A stretch of DNA of 29,957 bases, from the IMG/VR virus record IMGVR_UViG_3300030372_004506, positions 1 through 29,957 of that record. One strand, given 5' to 3'. The notes below the pieces were generated by a model. The model searched no databases, was not told where the DNA came from, and saw nothing but the letters and a program-made list of their open reading frames with translations. The position numbers were made by a program, and so were the translations under genes. Origin of the DNA: a virus (lineage: Duplodnaviria; Caudoviricetes). This document shows positions 7,542 to 17,361 of this stretch, piece after piece. Position 1 is the first letter of the stretch. Every line of letters starts with the position of its first letter.

Positions 7542-8039
7542 TTAGATAGATTGTAAGTATGAGAGTCTCATCGCGACTACATCTCTATTGAAGTCGAAGA
7601 TCTCTGCGACTTGATAGATCTTCTTCTTTGTAATTTTTCGTGCATTGAAAAGATCGAGCATTGCTCCATAATGTTGATACTTGCCAGGCTCGACTCCTTT
7701 TGGAGTAATCGCGGACTCTGTCCAACATTTAAAAATCCATGCAATGATATTAGATGCGTCTGCTTTCTTGACCTTCTTTGGATCGATGTCATAACCGTCT
7801 TCTGTGTATGTTACAAAATCGTGCTCTTCCATAATAGGAGCTTCTGTCGCTGTCTCTGCTTTCTTGAGATAGCCGTCTCTGTCTGCTTCCTCTTGTTCGA
7901 TCTCTGAGACGAGACGATCTGTATCGACATATCGGTGATGACGAAGACTTCTTATCGCTGCGAGATCTGCTTTCAATTCGTCGATTCGTTGTTGACAAAA
8001 TTTGGCATATTCGAGATATTGTTGTCTTGTGTGTTGCAT
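7542..8039 (-). CDS. Hypothetical protein, first gene of the replication operon
   Basis: 165-aa ORF, AGGAGACAATACCATG start directly after a promoter. Confidence 0.8.
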   Translation of the reverse strand: MQHTRQQYLEYAKFCQQRIDELKADLAAIRSLRHHRYVDTDRLVSEIEQEEADRDGYLKKAETATEAPIMEEHDFVTYTEDGYDIDPKKVKKADASNIIAWIFKCWTESAITPKGVEPGKYQHYGAMLDLFNARKITKKKIYQVAEIFDFNRDVVAMRLSYLQSI

Positions 8040-8073
8040 GGTATTGTCTCCTTGTTGTATTGAATACTTAGTC

Positions 8074-8103
8074 AGTATAACCCGAGTGTTGTCGGGTTGT
8101 CAA
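8074..8103 (-). promoter_or_regulatory. sigma70 promoter TTGACA-N18-TATACT containing the operator palindrome AACCCGA-N6-TCGGGTT
   Basis: Hexamers read directly; perfect 7-bp inverted repeat at 8079-8098. Confidence 0.8.
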
Positions 8104-8122
8104 CAAAATAAGGAAAAATAAT

Positions 8123-8713
8123 ATGAGCGAGATAAAATGCTTTGTCGATATAGAGACTACAGGACTGAATCCAGAGATACACGAGATCATAGAGATATGT
8201 ATTATTCGATGTGTAGAGGGTTTTCCTCCTCTGGTCTGGGTAGAGAAATTGTCTCCCCAACGTCTGGACCTAGCAGACCCGAGAGCTCTCGATATAAACC
8301 GCTTCTCTATCAAGGAGTGGTACGAAGCGAAAGAGCAGGAGGAGGCTGCTCGGATGATCTCCGAACTGACAAAAGACGCGATTCTGATCGGTCATAACAT
8401 CCGATTCGATGAGTCCTTTATCTCAGAGCTACTCCATCAGCATGGAGTGAAAGCATTATATAAGCGCAGACTGATCGATACAATCACTCTCGCTCATGAG
8501 CACATCCCGCATATCGGATCTTTGTCTCTCGAGAACATCAGAGAATACTATAATTGGAACCTAGAAGGAGCGCACAGAGCGAAGAAGGACGCTCTCGACT
8601 GTATGCGCTTGTATCATCGTCTGTATCGTTGCTCTGTGTTCTCTCGCTCGTTCTGGCGTATCGCTCATGAGGTTCGCGGACTGGTAAAAATAATCAAGAG
8701 GTTTTGTAAGTAA
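8123..8713 (+). CDS. DEDDh 3'-5' exonuclease (DnaQ-like)
   Basis: DIETTG, GHNIRFD, IDT and HRAKKDA motifs. Confidence 0.92.
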   Translation: MSEIKCFVDIETTGLNPEIHEIIEICIIRCVEGFPPLVWVEKLSPQRLDLADPRALDINRFSIKEWYEAKEQEEAARMISELTKDAILIGHNIRFDESFISELLHQHGVKALYKRRLIDTITLAHEHIPHIGSLSLENIREYYNWNLEGAHRAKKDALDCMRLYHRLYRCSVFSRSFWRIAHEVRGLVKIIKRFCK

Positions 8714-8720
8714 CCAGTAA

Positions 8721-9074
8721 TTATCCTTTGACCTGTTCTTTGATCTGCTCTTTGATCCTCATCTCTTGTATCTGCTCTTTGAGAGGTTCGAGTATTGCAA
8801 AGAGTTTCTTTTGTCCTCTCTCGAGAGACATGATCCGATCGGAGAACGAGGAGACGAGATGGTCTCTGTCTTGGTTGAGTTCCCGGATCACCTTCTCGAA
8901 GCGATCGCGGATGATCTGCTCTTGGTCCCTGGCTTCTTTCCGGATCTCCTTCATCTCGTCTCTCTGCTCCTTGTTCGTCTTCCTCTGGTCCCAGTATTGA
9001 TACAGGAGAAAGCCAACGAAAGGAGCATTCGTCGCGAGATCCATCCATAGATTTGTTACAGTCGCTTGATCCAT
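8721..9074 (-). CDS. Putative holin (BhlA/UviB-like: single N-terminal hydrophobic segment plus coiled coil)
   Basis: GGAGGAGG RBS before MDQATV; LATNAPFVGFLLYQYW hydrophobic segment; directly after the lysin. Confidence 0.55.
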   Translation of the reverse strand: MDQATVTNLWMDLATNAPFVGFLLYQYWDQRKTNKEQRDEMKEIRKEARDQEQIIRDRFEKVIRELNQDRDHLVSSFSDRIMSLERGQKKLFAILEPLKEQIQEMRIKEQIKEQVKG

Positions 9075-9679
9075 TCCTCCTCCATAGGGTCCGCTTCGAT
9101 GAGCGTGTATGAGAATGAATCGTATCCGATACCGACCTGTAACTGTGCGAGACCGATCAGACGAGAGAAGTCCGCAGGGTTTTGTATCACTTGACATCCT
9201 GCCGAATAGTAGCGAGTAGAGTCGACCAATTTGCTCTTGTGGGCTCTGTGGATGTTGATACCGAACATCCCTGTGTCTTCCTCGAGATAGTCTGTCTGAT
9301 TATTTAAATTATTGTCCCTATAGACGGTTACTTCTGCGTTTCTCTGACACAAAGCTAAGTACGAGCCTCTATGCATGTCAAGCTTCCATGCTCCTCTATA
9401 TTGTCCAGGCTTGAGGACTGCGACTCCTTTGCTGTTGCCGGGATTGAGATGCTGCTCGAGAGATGCGTCTGTCGTGCAGACATAACGCTCTTCAATCCAT
9501 TCTCCTCTGTCTTTGTACACGCAATGAAACATATCATCGAATCTCCCTGGCGTGCGAGACGGGGATCGGACTCCGATCAGGTTCAAGTCATAATCTTTAT
9601 TTGTGAAAATCTTGTATCCCATCGACTCGACACGTCGCAAAATAGGAGGCATGACTTTCTTCCAATTGTTAATTATCAT
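9056..9679 (-). CDS. Putative endolysin with an L,D-transpeptidase (YkuD)-like catalytic motif
   Basis: GINIHRA-x(11)-YSAGCQV His/Cys motif; located between tail genes and the holin. Confidence 0.7.
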   Translation of the reverse strand: MIINNWKKVMPPILRRVESMGYKIFTNKDYDLNLIGVRSPSRTPGRFDDMFHCVYKDRGEWIEERYVCTTDASLEQHLNPGNSKGVAVLKPGQYRGAWKLDMHRGSYLALCQRNAEVTVYRDNNLNNQTDYLEEDTGMFGINIHRAHKSKLVDSTRYYSAGCQVIQNPADFSRLIGLAQLQVGIGYDSFSYTLIEADPMEEEWIKRL

Positions 9680-11445
9680 GTGGTCACTCTTCTCAAGTCT
9701 ATCGTAGTCTCTTGGTACATTATATCATATAACCATGCTGCTCCGTCGTATTGCTTCCCGACGATCTGCACCTTTGCAGACTCTAGTCCGAGATCCGGAT
9801 CTGTCAATGATATCACGTCTCCGAGACGGAGATAACCAAAGGAGAAAGCGGCTTGATATTGTGTCCTCTTCTCTGGGAGTGCTTTCCGTCTGATCAGGTC
9901 CATCCCGATTTTTATCGCTGTGTCTCTGTCGTGTACGTACTCGAGAGAGAGTGTTCCTTCCTGCCGTCCGTATCTCTGGACAGACTGTATACTGTATGGA
10001 GAAACAATCTCGTAAGGAAGGACAGCGTCTTCGTTTCTCTTGTCTCTGATATAGACTGTGCCGTGATACTCGGATCCCTCTGCAATCTGATGTATCTGTC
10101 CACTATCGACAGGAGCAAGAGACCGGACGAATCCTGATGCATACTGTACGGTTAGATCATTAATTATATTCGTCGATCGTGTCTCTACCGGCTTGATTCT
10201 CTTGAATACTTCCGAAGTCTCTATCTCTATCCTGGGAGAGAAATTGTCTGTCAGTCTCCAGTCAATGATCGGATACAATCCCTCTGCTCCGTTCGCGATT
10301 GTGACAGGGAGCATCGGAATAATATACTTTTGTAAGAACTCATAGATCTTGATACTGGGGTCGTTTATGTATCCGTCGAATTTGTACTGATTGAGCAGTC
10401 CTCGAACCGACTCGAAAGCAGACCGATCGAAGAGCACACCAAGAGAAGACAGAGCCCAGTATAATAAGTCTCCTCCTCCTGAGAGAGTATCTCCTGTATA
10501 TGGGGAGACTGCTCCTCCTCCTGTCCCTACCCATCGACAAAAATACTGTAGGTTCTCTTTGTTGACATCGATGTCTATATCGTTTGCGGATACTTTGACA
10601 TAAGAGAATACTTGTCCTTTCGCTCCGGGGGCCTGATTGACAGCTACCGAAAAATTTATGTTCCCGTTGTTATCCTCGAAGGTGATTGTGTCTGCTTCTG
10701 TGGGATGTCCTGCGATGACAAAATAACCCTGTACAGGAGGAGAGGAAGCATCGAGAGCAATGATATAGGCAGGAGTCGACGGGTAATTTGTTGTCGTTCC
10801 GTCGGGTCTCGTTGTTTTCCCTGGCGAGCCGATGACAGCTGGAACAATCTTTCCCTCAAACTTCTTTTCAGCAGACAAGAGACCATTGCTGATCACGCTC
10901 TCGATCAGTCCTCCTCCTGCATAATTGCCTCTGGAGAATTGTCCTTGTCCGATGGTTGTTAGGTCTTGATTGATCATGCGAAGCAGAGACGAGTCAGAGA
11001 CGAAGATCTCATTTTCGACCGAGAAGTCACACGTGCCGCTATCAAGTCCAGGATAACCATACACGGGTTCTCTGATTATTCCCTTGAATATGGGAATACG
11101 CTCGTTGAATGTCTGCTGAGATTGTCTCTTCTTGGTTGTTACATATGAGATCGTAACGACAGCATTCTCTATTCCCTTCCCGAGCATCTGCCTTCGTGCG
11201 ACATCGAAAGGAAAGCGAAGAGACATCGCGACAGTATCCTGTGATAGCTTGACCTGTCCGATCTCCTCGAGTCCTTGATAGTACTCTGGATCGGATAGTC
11301 CTCCTGTGTATAAAACCTCTCCTCCTCCTTGCACAGACAAGACGATAGGGAATGACGAGAAATAATACACAGTGCCAAAGACATCGACCTCCGCGAGGAA
11401 GCATATGTCTGTCTCCAGAAAGTCGATACTCGGATATACTCGCAT
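9676..11445 (-). CDS. Tail tip / baseplate hub protein
   Basis: 589 aa; C-terminal 'SVQRYG...LRLGDVISLTDP...QIVGK' typical of hub proteins; second gene after the tape measure. Confidence 0.7.
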   Translation of the reverse strand: MRVYPSIDFLETDICFLAEVDVFGTVYYFSSFPIVLSVQGGGEVLYTGGLSDPEYYQGLEEIGQVKLSQDTVAMSLRFPFDVARRQMLGKGIENAVVTISYVTTKKRQSQQTFNERIPIFKGIIREPVYGYPGLDSGTCDFSVENEIFVSDSSLLRMINQDLTTIGQGQFSRGNYAGGGLIESVISNGLLSAEKKFEGKIVPAVIGSPGKTTRPDGTTTNYPSTPAYIIALDASSPPVQGYFVIAGHPTEADTITFEDNNGNINFSVAVNQAPGAKGQVFSYVKVSANDIDIDVNKENLQYFCRWVGTGGGAVSPYTGDTLSGGGDLLYWALSSLGVLFDRSAFESVRGLLNQYKFDGYINDPSIKIYEFLQKYIIPMLPVTIANGAEGLYPIIDWRLTDNFSPRIEIETSEVFKRIKPVETRSTNIINDLTVQYASGFVRSLAPVDSGQIHQIAEGSEYHGTVYIRDKRNEDAVLPYEIVSPYSIQSVQRYGRQEGTLSLEYVHDRDTAIKIGMDLIRRKALPEKRTQYQAAFSFGYLRLGDVISLTDPDLGLESAKVQIVGKQYDGAAWLYDIMYQETTIDLRRVTT

Positions 11446-14400
11446 TATAAAACCTCTTGTAGTGTCATTGTCCCGACTCTCATAAGCTCCCCACTCGTAC
11501 TCTGCAATTCGTTACCGAGCACAGATTCGATCTGTATGTCTCCGACAAGAACACAAAGAGCCTGCTCATCGTCTCTCAGGAGCTCTCGCGGTGTGCTGCT
11601 CTTTTCAATGAATGGAAGATATACGATCGGTGTCTTCTCTCCTTGTAGATAGTCGAGCAGTCCCTGCAGGAGATACGGAACATCGTTCGCGATTGCGATC
11701 GGTTCTTTTGATCCAGAGAGAGACGCTGTCCAGTAGTCCGGATCCGGATTGTCTCCTTGCAATGTCGATATGTCGATCCCTTCTGTCCATCCGATTCGGA
11801 ATGTCCTTCTGCTCGGTCTGTAGTTTCGAGAGTATAGGACTCCTCCTTGTGTCTCTGTGCTCTCTGTGCCCGATGTTATATTGATCGTCCGTCCTCTCTG
11901 GTATTGCTTCCCTGGGATGAGTATCGATCCGACATGTAGCAATCCGATTCGGATGTCTTTGTCGTATGTCTCTTGGGAGTGTATACGGATCGCGATGGCT
12001 TCGAATCGTAGTCCGTCCAGATTGATTACAAGGGACATGCTCTTGGGAATAATGTTTACATTCCCAGAAGATATACCCGAAAGCGTTACCTTTTCGTCCA
12101 AAAGTATTACAGACTGCTTTGTCGTTGTCGATGTGCCTCCGAAGCGTCCTTCTGAATTGCTGACAATCTTCCGATATGCGTAATCAGTTGCTGATATCTG
12201 TACTCTGATATAACATCCTGCTAATTCGTTGTATTTAAAGTACGGTTGATTCGGAGCGGAGGAGTCTCCTCTGAGTGTTCTCCCCTCTGGGACCGCTTTC
12301 GATAAGATCGCTGTGTTGAACGTATCGAAAGCCGTCCATGATCCCCCGGAATAATACTGTAGTTCTGCTGTGAGAAAGTTGTGTCCTGCGATGTGGATCC
12401 CGAGGATGTCATTCGGAAGAGATTCGTTTATGTGGACCGATGTGTCTGGATCCAGTTTCAGAGCAATCTTTTGCTCTGGGACTGCTCCTGATGTGACGGA
12501 TTGACTTCTCCAAAAAACGCGAGAAGTAGGTGAGACCGAATAAAAAACATTGTTGATTGAATAATTGCTGTCTGGCGTTATTTTGTACTCGTCTCCCTCA
12601 TATGTCTGTCCGTCTGCTGTAGAGATCAAGACGTTATCCGTAGTCCAGGCGAAAGATCCTGCTGATGGATAGATCCGAAACATCAGATCGTCGGGATTCG
12701 TAAAGTCGTGTAATGTCTCGCTGAACTGGAATCCCTGTGCAATATTGATATGTGACCATTGCGTATTCAGTGTGCCCGTGGATTGTAGATTCCCGAAGCG
12801 GACTGTGTGAGCTGCGCTCCCTCCTCCTCCGTCTGTCAATCCTGTAAAGGTCCCAGCATCGACCCATCTCTTCTTATTGTCGATCGCGTCAATGTCTCGA
12901 TAGAACAGAGTAACCTTTCCCGTACTGAGAGAGACCAGACACTCGAGACGATTGAGAGATAATCCTGACAATGTTAATTTTGTTGTCGATCCGTTGTCGT
13001 CCTCTATCCTGATGGATGAAGGAGAGATCCGGACTGTGACCTCATAGTCTGCGCTCCCATCGTCGATCTTGAGATTGACCCCTCTGTAATTGTTCGTAAC
13101 GTCTCCGGAGGACATGCTCTCGATACGGAAGTGAACCAAGAGACCGAGATCGAGAATGTCCGAAGAGGGAAGACCAGACAGATTCGGGGATGCTGTATAA
13201 AACTTCTGTGCTGTCAGAGCGACTCCTCCTGCGTCTAGTGTCTCCGTCCCTGCTCCTGTCGCTGTCAATGAAGAATAGTTCGAGTATAGATCGAGACCGA
13301 GATAATTAAATCGGTATCCTGATCGATTCCATTCTGCTTTCTCGCTCTCCTTCAGAGCAGCAGGAGGAAGAGTGACAGAGGAGTATCCCCCAAAATGCAA
13401 AGCAAGAAGAGAGAAATTTGTCGCTGTCGATACACATTCTGTCAAGACGATCGTCTTCCCTGTCCACGATAGCGCGTAGCTATTTTGTATCGATGAACTC
13501 GAGTCGGCTGTCTGGAGTGCTCTCCCTATCCCATTGATCGTCTGTCCTTGCTTTCTCCATGATAGAGCATCCTGTGACCAGTGTATAAGATAACTGTTTG
13601 CTGATGACGTATCTCGCGCGATGATATGATGAGACGAATTGTCATCTGTGTAACACATGAGATCCCCGTCTGTCATGAGATCATTCGTCCCAGAGCAGGA
13701 AGCTCCCGAGATGCTGAGAAACGATCCTGCTGTTCTCAGGACATGAGCAGAAGTAAAAGCGGACGGCAATGTCATATAGTTGGGAACCTTGTCCCCATAG
13801 TACGCAAGACGAAACAATCCATCAAAAGCATAGAGAGAGATACTGTGGAAAGAGTGATCGTCGATCTCTGTGTCTGTGGTGATCTTCCGAAAGGAGGCCC
13901 CGAGATCTGTCGATGCATACTGAATCAAGCGGTTTCTCTTCGTTGCGCTGGTATCATTAAACAGTGTTTCGATCATCAGGAGTATGACTCCTTGCGTCTG
14001 TGCGATCCTCAGTCTCTGCGGATTGTGTGTGAGTGTTCCCGCTCCTGTCGAGGTTCCCACCAGTATCTCGTCCTCTAGTGTTTTGAACGTTCTCCGGGTC
14101 CATGTGTCTCCGTCGTCTGTGGAGACGTATGTCGAGACGTTCGCTGCTTCTGCTGTACCTTGTAGTATCGCGATGAGATACGATCCATCGGGAAGCTGAC
14201 ATATATCAGAGAGCATCCTGTATCCAATAGAGATCAGAGCAGAGAAAGAATATACTGTGACCTCACTCGATACGTCATCGACACTGAGTTTCTTGACGCG
14301 TACTCTGTGTAGAGATGTTGTCTCCTCTGTGTATGAGATCAGAAGATCCCCGTCTCCAGTATCCAGAGCAGCAGGACGGAAAAACTTCCCATTGAGAGCG

Positions 14401-14723
14401 GATGTCGAGAATTCCAGAATCTGGAATCTGGAAAGAGAATTCTGCGGATCTCTTCCGTACGTTGTCGATGTCTGGTTATCGGTAAAGACAAAGCCGGCTT
14501 TGTCTCCTGCGAATCCAGAGCTTTGGGTCTTTATGGTTATGTCTGATGCTCCGGACTGTCTTCCTTTCGCTATCAATTGCATCGGGTTATTTTGTTGCGC
14601 GATCGGGTCTCCTGCTCTCTCGTCTGCGACTGTATTTGTGGATTGTGCTGTCCATACATTATTCGATCCCAGTCCGAGAGGGACAAGGAATCCTCTGAGA
14701 AAATCTGGTGTTGTGTCTGCCAT
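11445..14723 (-). CDS. Large tail protein (1092 aa) with Asp-box/BNR motifs, probable extended distal-tail protein
   Basis: STDDGDTW and STDLGASF Asp-boxes; Ser/Thr-rich; immediately after the tape measure gene. Confidence 0.7.
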   Translation of the reverse strand: MADTTPDFLRGFLVPLGLGSNNVWTAQSTNTVADERAGDPIAQQNNPMQLIAKGRQSGASDITIKTQSSGFAGDKAGFVFTDNQTSTTYGRDPQNSLSRFQILEFSTSALNGKFFRPAALDTGDGDLLISYTEETTSLHRVRVKKLSVDDVSSEVTVYSFSALISIGYRMLSDICQLPDGSYLIAILQGTAEAANVSTYVSTDDGDTWTRRTFKTLEDEILVGTSTGAGTLTHNPQRLRIAQTQGVILLMIETLFNDTSATKRNRLIQYASTDLGASFRKITTDTEIDDHSFHSISLYAFDGLFRLAYYGDKVPNYMTLPSAFTSAHVLRTAGSFLSISGASCSGTNDLMTDGDLMCYTDDNSSHHIIARDTSSANSYLIHWSQDALSWRKQGQTINGIGRALQTADSSSSIQNSYALSWTGKTIVLTECVSTATNFSLLALHFGGYSSVTLPPAALKESEKAEWNRSGYRFNYLGLDLYSNYSSLTATGAGTETLDAGGVALTAQKFYTASPNLSGLPSSDILDLGLLVHFRIESMSSGDVTNNYRGVNLKIDDGSADYEVTVRISPSSIRIEDDNGSTTKLTLSGLSLNRLECLVSLSTGKVTLFYRDIDAIDNKKRWVDAGTFTGLTDGGGGSAAHTVRFGNLQSTGTLNTQWSHINIAQGFQFSETLHDFTNPDDLMFRIYPSAGSFAWTTDNVLISTADGQTYEGDEYKITPDSNYSINNVFYSVSPTSRVFWRSQSVTSGAVPEQKIALKLDPDTSVHINESLPNDILGIHIAGHNFLTAELQYYSGGSWTAFDTFNTAILSKAVPEGRTLRGDSSAPNQPYFKYNELAGCYIRVQISATDYAYRKIVSNSEGRFGGTSTTTKQSVILLDEKVTLSGISSGNVNIIPKSMSLVINLDGLRFEAIAIRIHSQETYDKDIRIGLLHVGSILIPGKQYQRGRTINITSGTESTETQGGVLYSRNYRPSRRTFRIGWTEGIDISTLQGDNPDPDYWTASLSGSKEPIAIANDVPYLLQGLLDYLQGEKTPIVYLPFIEKSSTPRELLRDDEQALCVLVGDIQIESVLGNELQSTSGELMRVGTMTLQEVL

Positions 14724-16816
14724 TAGTAAGATCTCCTTGACGATCTTGTAGACAGTCCCGCTCTTTGTCTGTCTGTCATGTATCGATCAAAATGTTTAAA
14801 AGGGTTCATCACAATAACCTGAGGAGATCCGCCTTGTCCATTTTGCAGAGCTCGGACTCCTGGCTCTCCTCCTATTCGATTCACTGTGCTGCTGTCGAGA
14901 ACTGCCTCTCCTGTCTTGACGACTACAGTCCTTTCATCGGGAGTCATACCACCCATATGTAATTTGGGAGGCTGTTGTGATAGAACTGCTGCCGTCTGTG
15001 CTGCTGCTGCTGTTGTCGCTGCTGCGATAGCAAGAGGAGCAAGCGGACCGAGCGCTCCTGCTGCTGTGACGGCTTTCGCTGTGTTGAATGCGATCTCTCC
15101 GATGGCTGCGACTCGATTCATCTCAAAGAGAGCACGTATCAGTCCCGCGTTTTCGACTCCTGCTGCTTTCGATACGTTCTGGATTGTCTCGATGCTATTG
15201 CGAAAAGTCCCGATTGTCAAGTTGCCAAGTTCTCCGATCTCTGCTGCTTCTCTTCGTATTGCTGCGATTCTTTCTCTTTCTGTCTCTTCCGCTTCCTTTC
15301 TCTCTTTGTCCTTCCGCTCTTGCTCTCTCTTGTGATTCTGCTCTTTGAGTGCATCGAGCTCTTTCTGTCCTTGCATCTCTATGAGACCTATCTCTTTCAG
15401 AAGTTCACCGATTGCCTCCTGTGCGATTGCTTCTGATTCACGCGCAGCCTCTCGAGAGGCTTCCGTCTGTGCCAATATCTGAGTCGCTTCGACCTGTCCT
15501 TTCAAGTCTTCAATCTGCTGTCTTCGTGCCGATACCTGACCGGACGTGCTCTTTCTGATTTGGTCTTCTCGGGACAGCATAGACAAAGAGAGATCAGCAT
15601 TGCGATCTCTTGTCTGGAGTGTGACCTGTTCGATCTCTTCGATCTCTGCGAGTACTGCCTTTAAATTCTCTGCGTCCCTGGTCCTCTTCTTTGCAATTGC
15701 TTCGTTCGTTCTCTCTTGTTTCAGGGTCGAAAGTCGTAATTTGAATTCGCTTTCTGTGGCTGTGGATAATTCGTTCTGTGTGCTTTTTGCGTCAGAGATT
15801 GCGCTCTTGAATTCACTCACGGCTTTCGTTATGTCCTGATACTCTTGAGTGATCTCTGCTCGTCTTATTTCTGCGGCTGCTTTCTCTGCTTCTGTCGCTG
15901 CACTGTTGAGTATGTTTGTCTGGATCTTTTGCTCCTGATCCAGTAGATCTCTTTTTTCCTCGAGTGTCTTGATCCCTTTCTCTGCGATCTCGACTGCAAT
16001 TCTCTCATCGTCTCGCTGCTTTTTGAGGATGCTGTCTCTCTCGTTGAGGAGCTTCTGTCTATCAAATTCGAATTTCGTGATCTTTCCCTGTGCGAGGAGG
16101 AGCTCTAACTGAGCGTCTCTCTCTGCTTTCTTTGCATCGACAACGCCTTTTGCTGCTGCTTCCTGTTCGAGTGCTAGAGATCGCGCTGCGTCTGTGGCTG
16201 CTTTGATCTCTGTGGATAGATCTTTGAACTGCTCCAATTGCTTTATGAGGTTCGCTGCTGCTTCTCGAGACGCTGCTCCCAATTGATCGAATGCGAAAGC
16301 AAGAGCGACGACTCCCGCTGTGAGTGCCATTGTCGCAGGTCCTCCCTTTATCGCCTGCTCTGCTGCTGTCGCTAATCCATCGGCCATTTCGAGAGCGTTC
16401 TTCGTAGTCTCGGACATGCCCGGAGCGAGTTTATCGAGAGCAAGAGACGCAGACCCAAAAGCAGTCGCGACTGCTTCTGAGTTTTCCGCGAGTACGTCTG
16501 TCTCTTCTGCTGCTTCCTCGAAGGATACCTTTATCTCTCTTGCTGCTGTGGCTGCTTCGTCTGCTGCTCCTTTGAATGATTCTCCTATCTTTTCGGACGA
16601 TTCTTCGAATGCTTTCGCAGACGCTTTCGCTGCTTTCCGACTCTCCTCTGCTGCTCTCTTTGCTGCTTTCTGTGCTTTGTTGAACTCAGAGGACAGCGCG
16701 CGAACCATCTTCGACGCTTCCTTCTTTGTCATCCCTGGGATCTGCTCGAGGTTCTTCTGTAGCTGTTTTATGTTTGCCTTGAGCGTTATTTCTACGCTCT
16801 TGTTAAAATCTGCCAT
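14723..16816 (-). CDS. Tail tape measure protein (697 aa)
   Basis: Ala/Glu/Lys-rich helical sequence with hydrophobic patches; C-terminal LHMGG...E...GEAV motif; ATG 16816 coupled by TAATG. Confidence 0.85.
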   Translation of the reverse strand: MADFNKSVEITLKANIKQLQKNLEQIPGMTKKEASKMVRALSSEFNKAQKAAKRAAEESRKAAKASAKAFEESSEKIGESFKGAADEAATAAREIKVSFEEAAEETDVLAENSEAVATAFGSASLALDKLAPGMSETTKNALEMADGLATAAEQAIKGGPATMALTAGVVALAFAFDQLGAASREAAANLIKQLEQFKDLSTEIKAATDAARSLALEQEAAAKGVVDAKKAERDAQLELLLAQGKITKFEFDRQKLLNERDSILKKQRDDERIAVEIAEKGIKTLEEKRDLLDQEQKIQTNILNSAATEAEKAAAEIRRAEITQEYQDITKAVSEFKSAISDAKSTQNELSTATESEFKLRLSTLKQERTNEAIAKKRTRDAENLKAVLAEIEEIEQVTLQTRDRNADLSLSMLSREDQIRKSTSGQVSARRQQIEDLKGQVEATQILAQTEASREAARESEAIAQEAIGELLKEIGLIEMQGQKELDALKEQNHKREQERKDKERKEAEETERERIAAIRREAAEIGELGNLTIGTFRNSIETIQNVSKAAGVENAGLIRALFEMNRVAAIGEIAFNTAKAVTAAGALGPLAPLAIAAATTAAAAQTAAVLSQQPPKLHMGGMTPDERTVVVKTGEAVLDSSTVNRIGGEPGVRALQNGQGGSPQVIVMNPFKHFDRYMTDRQRAGLSTRSSRRSY

Positions 16817-17361
16817 TACTTCGAAGCCCTCCGGAGTAGATCGTCTGCAAGTACGTTCGCGAGCTTGTTTCCTGCTTTCCGTACTGGAGCCCATAATAAT
16901 TCATTACTGGTACGCGTACCATACGCGAGATTATTGAGAGTGTATGTTCCCGTTCTTATTGCCCATGCATACGGAGCGGTATTTCTTACAAAGCCGATGA
17001 GCTCGTCTGATGTGACCATAATCCCTCTCTCCAGTTTATTTTTGGAGTCCTGGCTCTTTGGAGAGATCCTTCCCTCTTCCGGTGTGAATGTCATCTCTTC
17101 GACGATCGCGAGAGCATCCTGTCTCGTCTTCCCGCTCTGCTGAATGGCATATATCGTCTGCTCTTTTCGTCTGTCTGCGCTCTTTGGAGGAATGACTCTC
17201 ACTGGCCATTGTCGGTACGCATCCTGATAGACCTGCTCGATCTCGTCCTCGATTGCTCTCTTGATAATCGGATTGGCATTGAGCAGCTGCTTCACGAGTC
17301 TCTCCATCTCATCAGAGACAGAGACAGCAGCATTGCCTTGTTGCACGAAGATTTTAGACAT
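16816..17361 (-). CDS. HK97 gp10-like tail completion/neck protein
   Basis: 'WPV...LERGI...VRNTAPYAWAI..G...LWAPV' pattern. Confidence 0.6.
   Translation of the reverse strand: MSKIFVQQGNAAVSVSDEMERLVKQLLNANPIIKRAIEDEIEQVYQDAYRQWPVRVIPPKSADRRKEQTIYAIQQSGKTRQDALAIVEEMTFTPEEGRISPKSQDSKNKLERGIMVTSDELIGFVRNTAPYAWAIRTGTYTLNNLAYGTRTSNELLWAPVRKAGNKLANVLADDLLRRASK

Noticed and set aside
6889-8122. Possible lysogeny switch (HTH genes near a divergent intergenic region)
   Set aside because: No integrase, partition genes or S24-peptidase repressor; both HTH genes are co-oriented and the divergent gene is an exonuclease
8901-8908. GCGATCGC (cyanobacterial HIP1), also at 29819-29826
   Set aside because: Only a couple of copies noticed; expected from the general GATC enrichment, so not evidence of a cyanobacterial host
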